Below are positions 1 through 8,770 of a stretch of DNA of 52,758 nt, one piece after another. Position 1 is the first letter of the stretch. Every line of letters begins with the position of its first letter. The stretch covers positions 17,829-70,586 of the forward strand of contig CAZZCX010000005.1 of assembly GCA_964653195.1 (NCBI GenBank), given 5' to 3'. The position numbers and the translations under genes were made by a program. Source of the DNA: an uncultured Gammaproteobacteria bacterium (lineage in GTDB: Bacteria > Patescibacteriota > Microgenomatia > Levybacterales > UBA12049). Under the pieces are notes generated by a model that ran no database searches, had not been told where the DNA came from, and saw only the letters and a list, made by a program, of their open reading frames with translations.

Positions 1-1076
1 ATAATGATAAATAACGATAAAACACTCATATAAAGAAAGTGAATTTTCTTTTTTTCGATAATAAGAGTATCAAGAAGTAGCGGTATTATGACGATTAAAG
101 CTAAAACCACAGGGAAGAAATGTCTGTACCAGTTTGTAGCACCGAGGAAAATAAAGTATAGACTATAACAGATGCTAAAGAATGCAAGTGAAACAGCAGT
201 GAAATTTGTGCGGAGTTTACGTAAAGTCACATGACTGATGATGAGTATTAGGACTACGAATCCTAAACCATGCATACCAAATACATAAGATAACATATCA
301 ATCCTCTTATCTATAAGAGAAAGATTGGGCTGTGAAAGAAGATTTGCAGCTTTCCAGCTTTCTTGAATAATATTTGAATATCCGTAGTAAGAAAATCCTA
401 CAGCTGTAAGTATATATAAATGCCAAGCAAGAACTATGATCAAACTTCCGCTTAATAGTAGCGCTGCATTTCTTGATATGACTATACGTTGACTTTTGAA
501 GAATATATGAATGAGTAGAAACTCCAGTAAGATGACAGGTATAGAGAATAAATACACTGACTTAGTAAAAATACTAAGCATTATAAAAATACCTGAAAAA
601 AAGTATTTTTTTCTTACTAGAACTAAAAGTGAAATTAGGAAAAAAACAAATCCTGGTAATTCGCCTAAGTTATGGGAGGAGAAAAAATAAAACAAAGGAG
701 TTAACGTAATCAAAATAAGAAAAATAATCCGTTGTCTTTGATTGGTATACATGTATACCTGGCAAATATATATAAAGAGTATTGCAAATATAAGCATAAC
801 TACTCTAGGAAGAAGAGGATGAGATACATCAATAAATAAAGATGTAGGAATAAGGAGTGCGGGACCGGTCGTTATATTTGTATCAAACAATTTATCGAAA
901 GTTGCGTAATTTAGAAAATCGCGAGAAAGGTTATAGCTTACTTGTAGATTATAACCCTCATCAAAATCGATAGGTGTGAAAAAAATACGAGATACGATTT
1001 GAGAATAAATAAAAATTGAAAGAAAAAGAATGATTAGGCTACCTACCGTTTTGGAAAATAATTTCTTGCTCTGCAT
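1..1076 (-). CDS. Partial polytopic membrane protein (runs off the left edge), GT-C-type glycosyltransferase-like (ArnT/PMT/GT39-like)
   Basis: Absent from the supplied ORF track. I checked every minus-strand codon from the ATG (complement of 1074-1076) down to position 3 and found no stop (358 codons). It starts MQSKKLFSKTVGSLIILFLSIFIYSQIVSRIFFTPIDFDEGYNLQ: TM1 followed by an acidic D-x-D-E loop as in GT-C enzymes, then many hydrophobic segments. Confidence 0.6.
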   Translation of the reverse strand, partial: MQSKKLFSKTVGSLIILFLSIFIYSQIVSRIFFTPIDFDEGYNLQVSYNLSRDFLNYATFDKLFDTNITTGPALLIPTSLFIDVSHPLLPRVVMLIFAILFIYICQVYMYTNQRQRIIFLILITLTPLFYFFSSHNLGELPGFVFFLISLLVLVRKKYFFSGIFIMLSIFTKSVYLFSIPVILLEFLLIHIFFKSQRIVISRNAALLLSGSLIIVLAWHLYILTAVGFSYYGYSNIIQESWKAANLLSQPNLSLIDKRIDMLSYVFGMHGLGFVVLILIISHVTLRKLRTNFTAVSLAFFSICYSLYFIFLGATNWYRHFFPVVLALIVIIPLLLDTLIIEKKKIHFLYMSVLSLFII

Positions 1077-1176
1077 AAATTATCGGGACATTATAACATT
1101 TTTGGAGTATTTAAATTTTTAATTATTGTATGTTTGTAAATTTAAATTTATACTAAGTAGACAATATAAACTAAGT

Positions 1177-3510
1177 ATGAATAGATATTCTAAGCGTAGC
1201 TTTTTATTAATATTTTTTTTAATTCTATTTTTTTCATTAGTATTATATTTTTATTTACGAAATCTTACTCGTGATGTATATGCAGGTGACATAGGCGATA
1301 TCGCGACAGCTGCTTATTTTTTCGGGGTAGCACATCCGCCTGGTTATCCGACGCTAACTTTTCTAGGCTTTATATTTTCCAGACTTCCGATTACTATACC
1401 TATCATTTCAAGAATCGCTTTGGTTTCTACTCTAGCTTCACTGAGCGGATTAATTATTTATTTTAAATTTGTATTGGAGGCAATTGGGGATTATTCGTCT
1501 AGTGAGCAAGTTAAACTCACGTATCGAGCAGCTGCTAAAAATTCTCGACGCACAACTTTCATTCAAACAATTAGTCTTCAAAATTTGGCGGTTGCCATTT
1601 TATCAACTGGCATTCTCGGGTTTTCATATTATTATTGGTTATATGCCGAAGTGCCTGAGGTATTTGCTCTGAATAACTTTTTTGTAATTGCTACTTTCTA
1701 TGCTTCATGGAAGTTTTATCATACGATGCGTCAAGCGAAATTATTTTCTGCTTCGATCAAAACGGGAACATTAACTGCTGTCAAATTAAATAGATTCCAA
1801 AAACAAGCTTGGGAAGACAAAGGAATAAGATATCTGTATCTCACTTCTTTTATAGTTGGTTTATCCATGACCAATCAACAGGCGATTATGTTTGCCTTCC
1901 CAGGATTATTTGTAATGGTATTACCAGATGTTTGGAGAATTTTAGTAAGTAAAAAAAAGTTGTCAGATCAGTTAGAATTGCAGAGAAGAGCAACTGATAA
2001 GACTTATATTAGATCAAAGAGTTTATCAAATTCTAAAAATACTCTCAACACAAGCAAAGATAACCAATTTGATAATTTAATTGGTGTTACTTTGAGATTT
2101 ATAAATTTATTAAAGAATGTAATCTTAAGTTTTTTACTGGGTCTTACCCCGTATCTATATGTATTTATCGCTGCATCTACAAATCCGCAAATAAATTGGA
2201 TGAAGGAGCCTACTATTTATAACTTTATTCGTTTGCTTTTTCGAATGGATTACAAGTTTGCGGAAAATCTTGTAGGCTTTACGCAGCGATTTGTAATTCA
2301 AGGAATTTATTTATCTACACTTATTGACACTTACTCTCTAATACTTTTTTTGATTGGAATAATGGGGATTTTTTACCTTTTTATACGTGAGAAGAGGTTA
2401 TTCGGAGCACTACTAACTGGTTTTTTATTCGCAGGACCAATATTTATTTTCATCATCACTCCTGAAATTATTGATTCCGATGAATTCGGTGTTATGGAGA
2501 GAATGTATATACAGTCGTTTGTGATTTTTTCGTTTTTTATACCTTTTGGATTTGTTCTTATTCAAGAATTATTTTACAAAGTTATTCCCAGGCGAATTTA
2601 CGGAGTAATTTTCCTTCTACCATTTTTAATTGTTTTAATACAAATGATTTATTTCAATAATCCAAAAACAGATTTATCGAAAACTCAAATCGGTTCCAAT
2701 TATGTTAAAGATGTATTAGGGCCTTTGTCAATAAATTCAATAGTATATCTTCTGGGTGATACAGGAACACTAAATACTTGGTATGTGCATTATGTAGAAG
2801 GATATAGGAAAGATTTAGTCTTTGCAGGTTCATATGGTGATAGAAACGATTTCGAGAAGAAGATTTACAGTGATTTTCTAAAAGAAAATAAAGATACTAA
2901 ATTATCTATGGAAGAAGTTGTTATAAGTAAACTTCCAGAAATCATGAGAAAAAGAAAAATATATTCCATGTATCAGTTTCCAGTAGGTAAAAACTATATG
3001 TGGGTTCCAAAGGGACTGGTATTTGAGCTTATGAAAATTGAGGATATTCCTCAAAAAGATGAATATTTAAAAGATGTTAATACGCTAACCCAAAATTATA
3101 AGATAGCGTATAGGGAAAAACTTTTACCTTCAGAGCAGAATAATATTGCTCCGAGTATAAGCAGGCATTATTCAAATGCATTTAATCATATAGGCGATAT
3201 ATTATATATCCGCTACAACGACTTAAGTAGTGCATTTAGTTACTATTCACGTGCTCAGATAATAGATCCGCAAAATTCTTTAACTTATGCGAAATTGGGT
3301 ATTATTCAGGCAGAATTTCCTGCTCAATGCAGCTTGGCTGTTGAGAATATCGATACTTCAATAAGTATGTATAAAATTTATAGGCCTTATTATACTTTTG
3401 CTTTGAAAATATATAACAAATGCAAGATAGGGGAGAATAAGATAAAAGATCTAAAGACTAGATACAAAAACCTTTTTCTTAAAGACCTCGATAAAGACCC
3501 ACACTACTAA
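1177..3510 (+). CDS. DUF2723/TMEM260-like GT-C glycosyltransferase with C-terminal TPR repeats
   Basis: The 794-aa track ORF is trimmed here to ATG 1177 (MNRYSKRSFLLIFFLILF). It has the motif YAGDIGDIATAAYFFGVAHPPGYP, more than 10 TM segments, and a TPR-like C-terminus (SAFSYYSRAQIIDPQNSLTYAKLGI). Confidence 0.7.
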   Translation: MNRYSKRSFLLIFFLILFFSLVLYFYLRNLTRDVYAGDIGDIATAAYFFGVAHPPGYPTLTFLGFIFSRLPITIPIISRIALVSTLASLSGLIIYFKFVLEAIGDYSSSEQVKLTYRAAAKNSRRTTFIQTISLQNLAVAILSTGILGFSYYYWLYAEVPEVFALNNFFVIATFYASWKFYHTMRQAKLFSASIKTGTLTAVKLNRFQKQAWEDKGIRYLYLTSFIVGLSMTNQQAIMFAFPGLFVMVLPDVWRILVSKKKLSDQLELQRRATDKTYIRSKSLSNSKNTLNTSKDNQFDNLIGVTLRFINLLKNVILSFLLGLTPYLYVFIAASTNPQINWMKEPTIYNFIRLLFRMDYKFAENLVGFTQRFVIQGIYLSTLIDTYSLILFLIGIMGIFYLFIREKRLFGALLTGFLFAGPIFIFIITPEIIDSDEFGVMERMYIQSFVIFSFFIPFGFVLIQELFYKVIPRRIYGVIFLLPFLIVLIQMIYFNNPKTDLSKTQIGSNYVKDVLGPLSINSIVYLLGDTGTLNTWYVHYVEGYRKDLVFAGSYGDRNDFEKKIYSDFLKENKDTKLSMEEVVISKLPEIMRKRKIYSMYQFPVGKNYMWVPKGLVFELMKIEDIPQKDEYLKDVNTLTQNYKIAYREKLLPSEQNNIAPSISRHYSNAFNHIGDILYIRYNDLSSAFSYYSRAQIIDPQNSLTYAKLGIIQAEFPAQCSLAVENIDTSISMYKIYRPYYTFALKIYNKCKIGENKIKDLKTRYKNLFLKDLDKDPHY

Positions 3511-3535
3511 ATAATTAAGTAAGGCAAATTGATTG

Positions 3536-3564
3536 TTGCAATAATCTAACTCTTCATTTAAAAT
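3536..3564 (+). promoter_or_regulatory. Sigma70-like promoter for the 3574 ORF
   Basis: TTGCAA (3536-3541), 17-nt spacer, TAAAAT (3559-3564). The ATG at 3574 lies 9 nt after the -10, so the leader would be about 3 nt or less. Confidence 0.4.
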
Positions 3565-3573
3565 ATTAAAATT

Positions 3574-3852
3574 ATGTCAGTACCATTTTTTGAAAGAGGT
3601 ATAGTTCCGGGTGGAAATAGAGAGATAGAACGAGAAGCAGTTCCTTCCGATACGAATATTTCGGGAAGAGGAACTAGGCTCAAAAGAAGGCCTAGTTTTT
3701 CTCCGCCAGGAGAAGGATCGGGAGTGGCAAGTATGAAAAATAAAGGTAGAAGTAGACCACATGAAAAAGGAGATAAGAGGAGGCCAATAGAGAAACCAAA
3801 AACTAAAAGACAAAAGAAAATTGAAGGAAACGGTGGTGGAAGTAAAAAATAA
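3574..3852 (+). CDS. Small, very basic, low-complexity protein (92 aa), hypothetical
   Basis: The ORF lies in a purine-rich tract and is preceded by a near-consensus promoter. The product is rich in R, K, G and P. No homology recognised, so it could be a non-coding spacer. Confidence 0.3.
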   Translation: MSVPFFERGIVPGGNREIEREAVPSDTNISGRGTRLKRRPSFSPPGEGSGVASMKNKGRSRPHEKGDKRRPIEKPKTKRQKKIEGNGGGSKK

Positions 3853-3853
3853 T

Positions 3854-4864
3854 TTATTTAAATTTAATACCTTTGTAAATACCCCAGTAATAATATAAGA
3901 TCGCCTTATAATTACCACTTTTCAGTATATCTATAGAATAATATGGTAATCGTATCAAGAACTGTCCTAAATAATTAGTAACTTTTTTGAATCCTCTTAC
4001 GTTTCTTTTTATATAAATAAATGGATTTCTAGCAAAGTAATAAGCCTTTGCAGGTGTTAAATCATTTGTCCCTGCGCTGTCAGATGAACCCGAAACATGA
4101 TGTCTTACTAACGGCTTCATTAAGATATTACATTTAAAGCCTTTATTGATTGCCATTTGGCAAAAATCTACATCTTCGAAATACATAAAGTAATCTTCAG
4201 GTAGTAAACCGACTTTTTCAAATACTTCTATTTTTACCATCATACAAGCTCCTGTAATAAAATCTGTATTAATGATAGTACTTGCAACTACATTTGAGCT
4301 TTTTGTTCGAGCAAGCGAAGTGAATCGAGAACTTTGGTCACTATACTTCTCGCTTGAGCTCGAAGAATGTTGTTTTTTAATTGCGTTAGTTAATTTAATT
4401 ATTTTATTCATATTTAAGTGTTTAGTGTATAGAAACAGTCTATTTATATATCCACCTGAATACCAAATTCTATCAGGATCTTGTGCATAAGTAATTACAG
4501 GTCCTATTATTCCTATTTCCTTATTTGCTTCCATTACGCTGACACATTCTTTTATAAGATTGGGGGATATGAGGGTATCCGGGTTCAGTATGAGTATATA
4601 TGATACATTTTCATTTTTAAGTAAATGTCTTATACCGACATTATTACCAGCAGCATAGCCTAAATTAGATTTGTTTTTTATTAATTTTAGCTTTGGGTAT
4701 TTATATTTAACGATACTTTGAGTTTTATCTGTAGAATCATTGTCTACAACTATACATTTACAGCTAGAATATTTCGATTTGAGGATACTATCAAGGCAAC
4801 TTTGTATATATTTTTCAGAATTATATGTAAGTATTACAATACCGACATCTGGGGGTATTTTCAT
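3854..4864 (-). CDS. Family 2 glycosyltransferase (rhamnosyltransferase-like)
   Basis: N-terminus VILTYNSEKYIQSCLDSILKS...VVDNDSTDKT, followed by the DxD-like motif YFEDVDF. Confidence 0.85.
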   Translation of the reverse strand: MKIPPDVGIVILTYNSEKYIQSCLDSILKSKYSSCKCIVVDNDSTDKTQSIVKYKYPKLKLIKNKSNLGYAAGNNVGIRHLLKNENVSYILILNPDTLISPNLIKECVSVMEANKEIGIIGPVITYAQDPDRIWYSGGYINRLFLYTKHLNMNKIIKLTNAIKKQHSSSSSEKYSDQSSRFTSLARTKSSNVVASTIINTDFITGACMMVKIEVFEKVGLLPEDYFMYFEDVDFCQMAINKGFKCNILMKPLVRHHVSGSSDSAGTNDLTPAKAYYFARNPFIYIKRNVRGFKKVTNYLGQFLIRLPYYSIDILKSGNYKAILYYYWGIYKGIKFK

Positions 4865-4890
4865 AAATAATATTTTAAATAAGTGTTATT

Positions 4891-5619
4891 TTACTTTTCA
4901 CAAACCGCTATAAAATATATGCATTTAAAATACATTTTTTTGGATAGAGGATAAATTCTATAACCCTCCCAAGGACGTAAATAAAGAAGTCTTTTTAAAA
5001 AAGAATTTTTTATATGTTTTATCAATTTTTGATAAAGATGAATTAGGTACGTGAAAGCTATACCTTGTCCGTAATATCTTTTTACTTTAAAGTCATTTAA
5101 AAATGTATTTAATTCTGTAAATTTAAATTCTTTTATATGAAAAGGATTGTCTTTAAGAGAAGTACTACGGTTTGGAGTGGAAAGAATGAAAGTACCGCCC
5201 GGTTTCAGTATTCGCAAAACTTCATTTATTAACTCACGTGGATTTTGTAGATGTTCTATAACTTCAAATGCAATTACTACATCTGCATAGTTTGCAGTTA
5301 TTGAAGATTTGGTTGCTGATTCATTTAGATAAGTAATTGAACTGTGATTATAATTTTTTATAGCAAATTCTATTGCAGATTTATCGATATCAATTCCGTA
5401 TACTTTTTTTGCTCCGTTTTGTGACATTGCATATGTACCATATCCCATTCCACATCCCATTTCTACAACTATTTTTCCTTTTACATACTCGCTAGCTAGA
5501 TTATATCGCATGAGATGTTCGTTGAGGAGTTTTCGGGAATACCAGGGAGTTTTATAAGGGTTGAAGCGCTCTATGTCCCAATTTGTGGGAGTGTTTTTGT
5601 GCTTTTTGTTATTTGCCAT
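4891..5619 (-). CDS. Class I SAM-dependent methyltransferase
   Basis: Motif I VVEMGCGMGYGT and post-I GIDID. It overlaps the upstream GT2 gene by 49 nt. Confidence 0.85.
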   Translation of the reverse strand: MANNKKHKNTPTNWDIERFNPYKTPWYSRKLLNEHLMRYNLASEYVKGKIVVEMGCGMGYGTYAMSQNGAKKVYGIDIDKSAIEFAIKNYNHSSITYLNESATKSSITANYADVVIAFEVIEHLQNPRELINEVLRILKPGGTFILSTPNRSTSLKDNPFHIKEFKFTELNTFLNDFKVKRYYGQGIAFTYLIHLYQKLIKHIKNSFLKRLLYLRPWEGYRIYPLSKKMYFKCIYFIAVCEK

Positions 5620-6470
5620 ACAGTATGCTTTTTTTTCTTAAATTTATAATCAGTATATCCTAAGAAACGAGAATATATTTCCAGAATTATAACTAAAGGA
5701 GTCCATAAAATATACTGCCATGTAGGTCGAAAATTTCTAATTATTAAAAATAATATTTTTGTACCACTTATAGTTGATACAGAATAACTGTACTCATGTC
5801 TAGTTGCTAAATGACCAGCGAAAATATGTCTACGTCTTACGATATAATCTTTCAAATTTTGCGCACCCATATTATATATAACTGCTTTCGGTTGATATAC
5901 AGTCTTAAATCCTTGTCCGCGAATTAATGGTTCGATATTTGCTTCATCTACAGATGAAAGAACAGGTATTTGTTTGAAAACTTTTCGAAATGCGATACAT
6001 TCACCCATCTTGGGTGAACTTAATGATATTTTATGATGTAAATCCCAGAGCAAATGGGAAGTATAACCAAAAAATGTTGATTTATCATTTAACGGTATAG
6101 GCCTTGAACCCACTATTCCAATAATTGGTTTTGAAAGTGGTAAAACTAGTTTTTCTATAGAATCATTCTTGAGCAAAATATCAGCACTCATCAAAACAAT
6201 TATATCCTCACGTGATTCATTTAAAATTAAATTTACAGCAGAAGCTTTGCCGAGGCGTCTTGATTGCGTAATGAGTCTGATTTTTTTCAAACGTTTTTGA
6301 TAGGTGGAAATTATATTATTTGTCTTATCGGTAGAACCTGAAGAGATAATCAAAATTTCTCCTATTTTTACTTTTTTTAACTTTTGTGACCTTATTGAAT
6401 CAAGCAATCTTTTGATATTTTTTTCTTCGTTAAATGCTGCAATACCAATTGAAACTACTAATTTGTTCAT
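5571..6470 (-). CDS. Family 2 glycosyltransferase
   Basis: VSIGIAAFNEEKNIKRLLDSI...SSGSTDKT, and a C-terminal TM segment. Confidence 0.85.
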   Translation of the reverse strand: MNKLVVSIGIAAFNEEKNIKRLLDSIRSQKLKKVKIGEILIISSGSTDKTNNIISTYQKRLKKIRLITQSRRLGKASAVNLILNESREDIIVLMSADILLKNDSIEKLVLPLSKPIIGIVGSRPIPLNDKSTFFGYTSHLLWDLHHKISLSSPKMGECIAFRKVFKQIPVLSSVDEANIEPLIRGQGFKTVYQPKAVIYNMGAQNLKDYIVRRRHIFAGHLATRHEYSYSVSTISGTKILFLIIRNFRPTWQYILWTPLVIILEIYSRFLGYTDYKFKKKKHTVWQITKSTKTLPQIGT

Positions 6471-6516
6471 TATATTTTATGATATCACACATTAAGATTT
6501 TTAATATTTAATATTA

Positions 6517-6545
6517 TTGAGAGTATTTCAATACTTGTGTATAAT
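6517..6545 (+). promoter_or_regulatory. Sigma70-like promoter of the DsbB-like gene
   Basis: TTGAGA (6517-6522), 17-nt spacer, TATAAT (6540-6545). Confidence 0.45.
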
Positions 6546-6559
6546 ATGTCTTGTTAAGA

Positions 6560-7024
6560 ATGAAAATTAATCAAAAAATGCTATTATATATATCCCTGAT
6601 ACTCTCACTGGTAGGTACCCTGATGAGTTTATACTTCAGTGAAATTTTGCATTTTCCACCTTGTATTCTTTGCTGGTATCAAAGAATCGCAATGTATCCT
6701 TTGATTCCTATTCTTGCAATAGGAATTTATCTTAAGGATAAAAAGTTACCCTTTTATGTTCTACCTTTGAGCGTATCTGGCTTATTTATCGCAATTTATC
6801 ATAATTTACTTTATTACAAGATTCTTCCTGAAAGCGCAACACCTTGCCTGCTAGGAGTATCATGCACCACCAAATATATTGAATGGTTCGGGTTTATAAC
6901 AATCCCATTATTGTCACTTATTGCCTTTTTGATTATTACTGTATGTATGATAGGATATGGTAGAAGTTTAAAAATCAAAGATAAAATCTCAAAAATAAAA
7001 GTTAAAAAATATAAGAAGAGATAA
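6560..7024 (+). CDS. Disulfide bond formation protein, DsbB/BdbC family
   Basis: Four TM segments, CxxC motif PPCILCWYQRIAMYP and a second Cys pair (TPCLLGVSCT). Start taken at ATG 6560; the track uses TTG 6551. Confidence 0.8.
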   Translation: MKINQKMLLYISLILSLVGTLMSLYFSEILHFPPCILCWYQRIAMYPLIPILAIGIYLKDKKLPFYVLPLSVSGLFIAIYHNLLYYKILPESATPCLLGVSCTTKYIEWFGFITIPLLSLIAFLIITVCMIGYGRSLKIKDKISKIKVKKYKKR

Positions 7025-7031
7025 TATTATT

Positions 7032-7080
7032 AACTTATAACTTATAACTTATAACTTATAACTTATAACTTATAACTTAT
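7032..7080. repeat. Heptamer microsatellite (AACTTAT)x7
   Basis: Seven perfect tandem copies between the DsbB-like stop (7024) and the DsbA-like ATG (7091). Confidence 0.95.
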
Positions 7081-7090
7081 CGTTATTTAT

Positions 7091-7747
7091 ATGACTACAG
7101 AAACAAAAATATTAGCAGCAATAGGATTGACGACCGTAATAATTATGGCTGCTGGTATATTTTTCCTTAGTAAGCCTGCATCTACTGATTTATCTACTGC
7201 CAGACAGGTAAATCAAAGTATTTTAGTTAAGCCAGATAGCTCACAGTCTGGACCGCTTGACGCCAAAGTAACTCTTGTAGAATTTGGTGATTTTCAGTGT
7301 CCAGCGTGTGCTCAAACAGCATCGACGATAAAAACTCTTAAAGAAGAATTTAAGGGAAAAGTTAATTTCGTATTCAGACACTATCCGCTTCCACAACATA
7401 AAAATGCCATATTAGCAGCTATGGCCTCTGAAGCAGCAGGTGAACAAAGTAAATTCTGGGAGATGCATGATGTGATTTATGCAAATCAGACAGAATGGTC
7501 AGAATCGGAAAAAGCAATAGATTTTTTCGTAAAGTATGCTAAAAATTTATCTTTAGATACTGAAAAGTTTAAAAAAGCATTGACAGATGAAAAGTTCAAA
7601 CCAAAAATCTTAAGAGATGAAGCTGACGGTGGAGCAGCACAAATACGTTATACTCCTACATTGTTTATTAATGAAAAGATAATTGAAGGTTCTTCAAGCT
7701 ATGATATCTTAAAAAGCGGAATTGAGACGGAATTGAATAAAAATTGA
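7091..7747 (+). CDS. DsbA-family thiol:disulfide oxidoreductase, membrane anchored
   Basis: N-terminal TM segment and thioredoxin-fold active site FGDFQCPACAQ. Confidence 0.85.
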   Translation: MTTETKILAAIGLTTVIIMAAGIFFLSKPASTDLSTARQVNQSILVKPDSSQSGPLDAKVTLVEFGDFQCPACAQTASTIKTLKEEFKGKVNFVFRHYPLPQHKNAILAAMASEAAGEQSKFWEMHDVIYANQTEWSESEKAIDFFVKYAKNLSLDTEKFKKALTDEKFKPKILRDEADGGAAQIRYTPTLFINEKIIEGSSSYDILKSGIETELNKN

Positions 7748-7825
7748 AACTAATATTGCCACAATTTTCGTAAATTAATTTTTAAATTCTTAAGATTAAT
7801 AGTTCTTCTAATGTAGTTAAAATCT

Positions 7826-8308
7826 ATGTATCATCCAGTAGTAGATAAAATTAAAAGTATACTTAATGCAAATAAACTCTGGTACGAGTCGTTTGAGCAT
7901 GCACCTGTTAAAACCAGCATTGAGGCAGCACAGGTTAGAACTGGATATACTCTTGCCCAGGGAGCGAAGGCACTTATCGTAAGAGTGAAGAAAAATGGTG
8001 AAAAATACTTTGTAATGCTTGTTTTGCCGGGAGATAAAAGGTTTGATAAAGATAGAGCCAAGAAAGTTTTAGGATCAAATGATATTCGCTTTGCGACTGA
8101 GGGAGAAATAGGTACTATTACAGATGGTGTAAAGATAGGCGGTATTCCACCATTTGGCAACTTATTTAATTTAAAAGTATTCGCTGATCCATCGGTTCTC
8201 AGAAATGAAAAAATTATATTTAATGCAGGTGATAGGGGATTTTCAATCGCGATGAAAGCACATGATTATGAAAATCTAGTTGATCCGATTATAAGTGAAC
8301 TTATTTAA
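7826..8308 (+). CDS. YbaK/EbsC-type aminoacyl-tRNA deacylase domain protein
   Basis: KALIVRVKKNG..FVMLVLPGDKRFD...GGIPPFG resembles the YbaK/ProRS-associated editing domain. Confidence 0.65.
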   Translation: MYHPVVDKIKSILNANKLWYESFEHAPVKTSIEAAQVRTGYTLAQGAKALIVRVKKNGEKYFVMLVLPGDKRFDKDRAKKVLGSNDIRFATEGEIGTITDGVKIGGIPPFGNLFNLKVFADPSVLRNEKIIFNAGDRGFSIAMKAHDYENLVDPIISELI

Positions 8309-8363
8309 TAAACTAAAGAAAACTGCATTTGCTATATAAACATTTATTGAATATTATATATTT

Positions 8364-8762
8364 ATGAATGAGCTTTTTAGAAAATTTGCACATAAAACTT
8401 CAGAATTGACCGGTACCTCATGGGCATTTACAGCAGCAGTAAGTATAATTCTTATTTGGGCAATTACAGGTCCGATATTCAACTTTTCTTCTTCCTGGCA
8501 GCTTGTTATAAATACTACAACTACAATAATAACTTTTCTTATGATTTTCTTGGTTCAAAATACACAAATTAGAGACACAAAAGCAATTCATCTTAAGCTG
8601 GATGAACTAATTAAAGCATTGGGGAAAGCCAGAAACGCGTTGATTGATGCTGAAGATTTACCGGATGACCAACTGGAGACATACAGAGAAGCGTTTATGA
8701 AAATCGCTGAAAAGACAAATCAGAAAGCACATGAAAAAAGTGACAAATCAAATCTTGCTTAA
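8364..8762 (+). CDS. Low-affinity iron permease family small membrane protein
   Basis: GTSWAFTAAVSIILIWAITGPIFNFSSSWQLVINTTTTIITFLMIFLVQNTQIRDTKAIHLKLDELI matches the family signature as I recall it. Confidence 0.7.
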   Translation: MNELFRKFAHKTSELTGTSWAFTAAVSIILIWAITGPIFNFSSSWQLVINTTTTIITFLMIFLVQNTQIRDTKAIHLKLDELIKALGKARNALIDAEDLPDDQLETYREAFMKIAEKTNQKAHEKSDKSNLA

Positions 8763-8770
8763 GTAGTCAA

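Noticed and set aside
3577-3918. 113-aa minus-strand ORF antisense to the basic 92-aa ORF
   Set aside because: It is the pyrimidine-rich mirror of a purine-rich tract and gives a Phe/Ser/Trp-rich nonsense-like product. It overlaps the 3' end of the GT2 gene (3854-3918) and has no promoter or SD.
5571-5619. 49-nt overlap between the GT2 and methyltransferase genes as a sign of a frameshift or pseudogene
   Set aside because: Both proteins look complete. The N-terminal 36 aa of the methyltransferase (…WDIERFNPYKTPWYSRKLLNEHLMRY) read like genuine protein and continue smoothly into motif I. An internal start at 5511 remains possible, but no disruption is evident.
7032-7080. Heptamer arrays (also 20301-20328 and 52704-52758) as possible CRISPR arrays
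   Set aside because: They are perfect head-to-tail 7-nt units with no spacers, and no cas genes are present. They are microsatellites.
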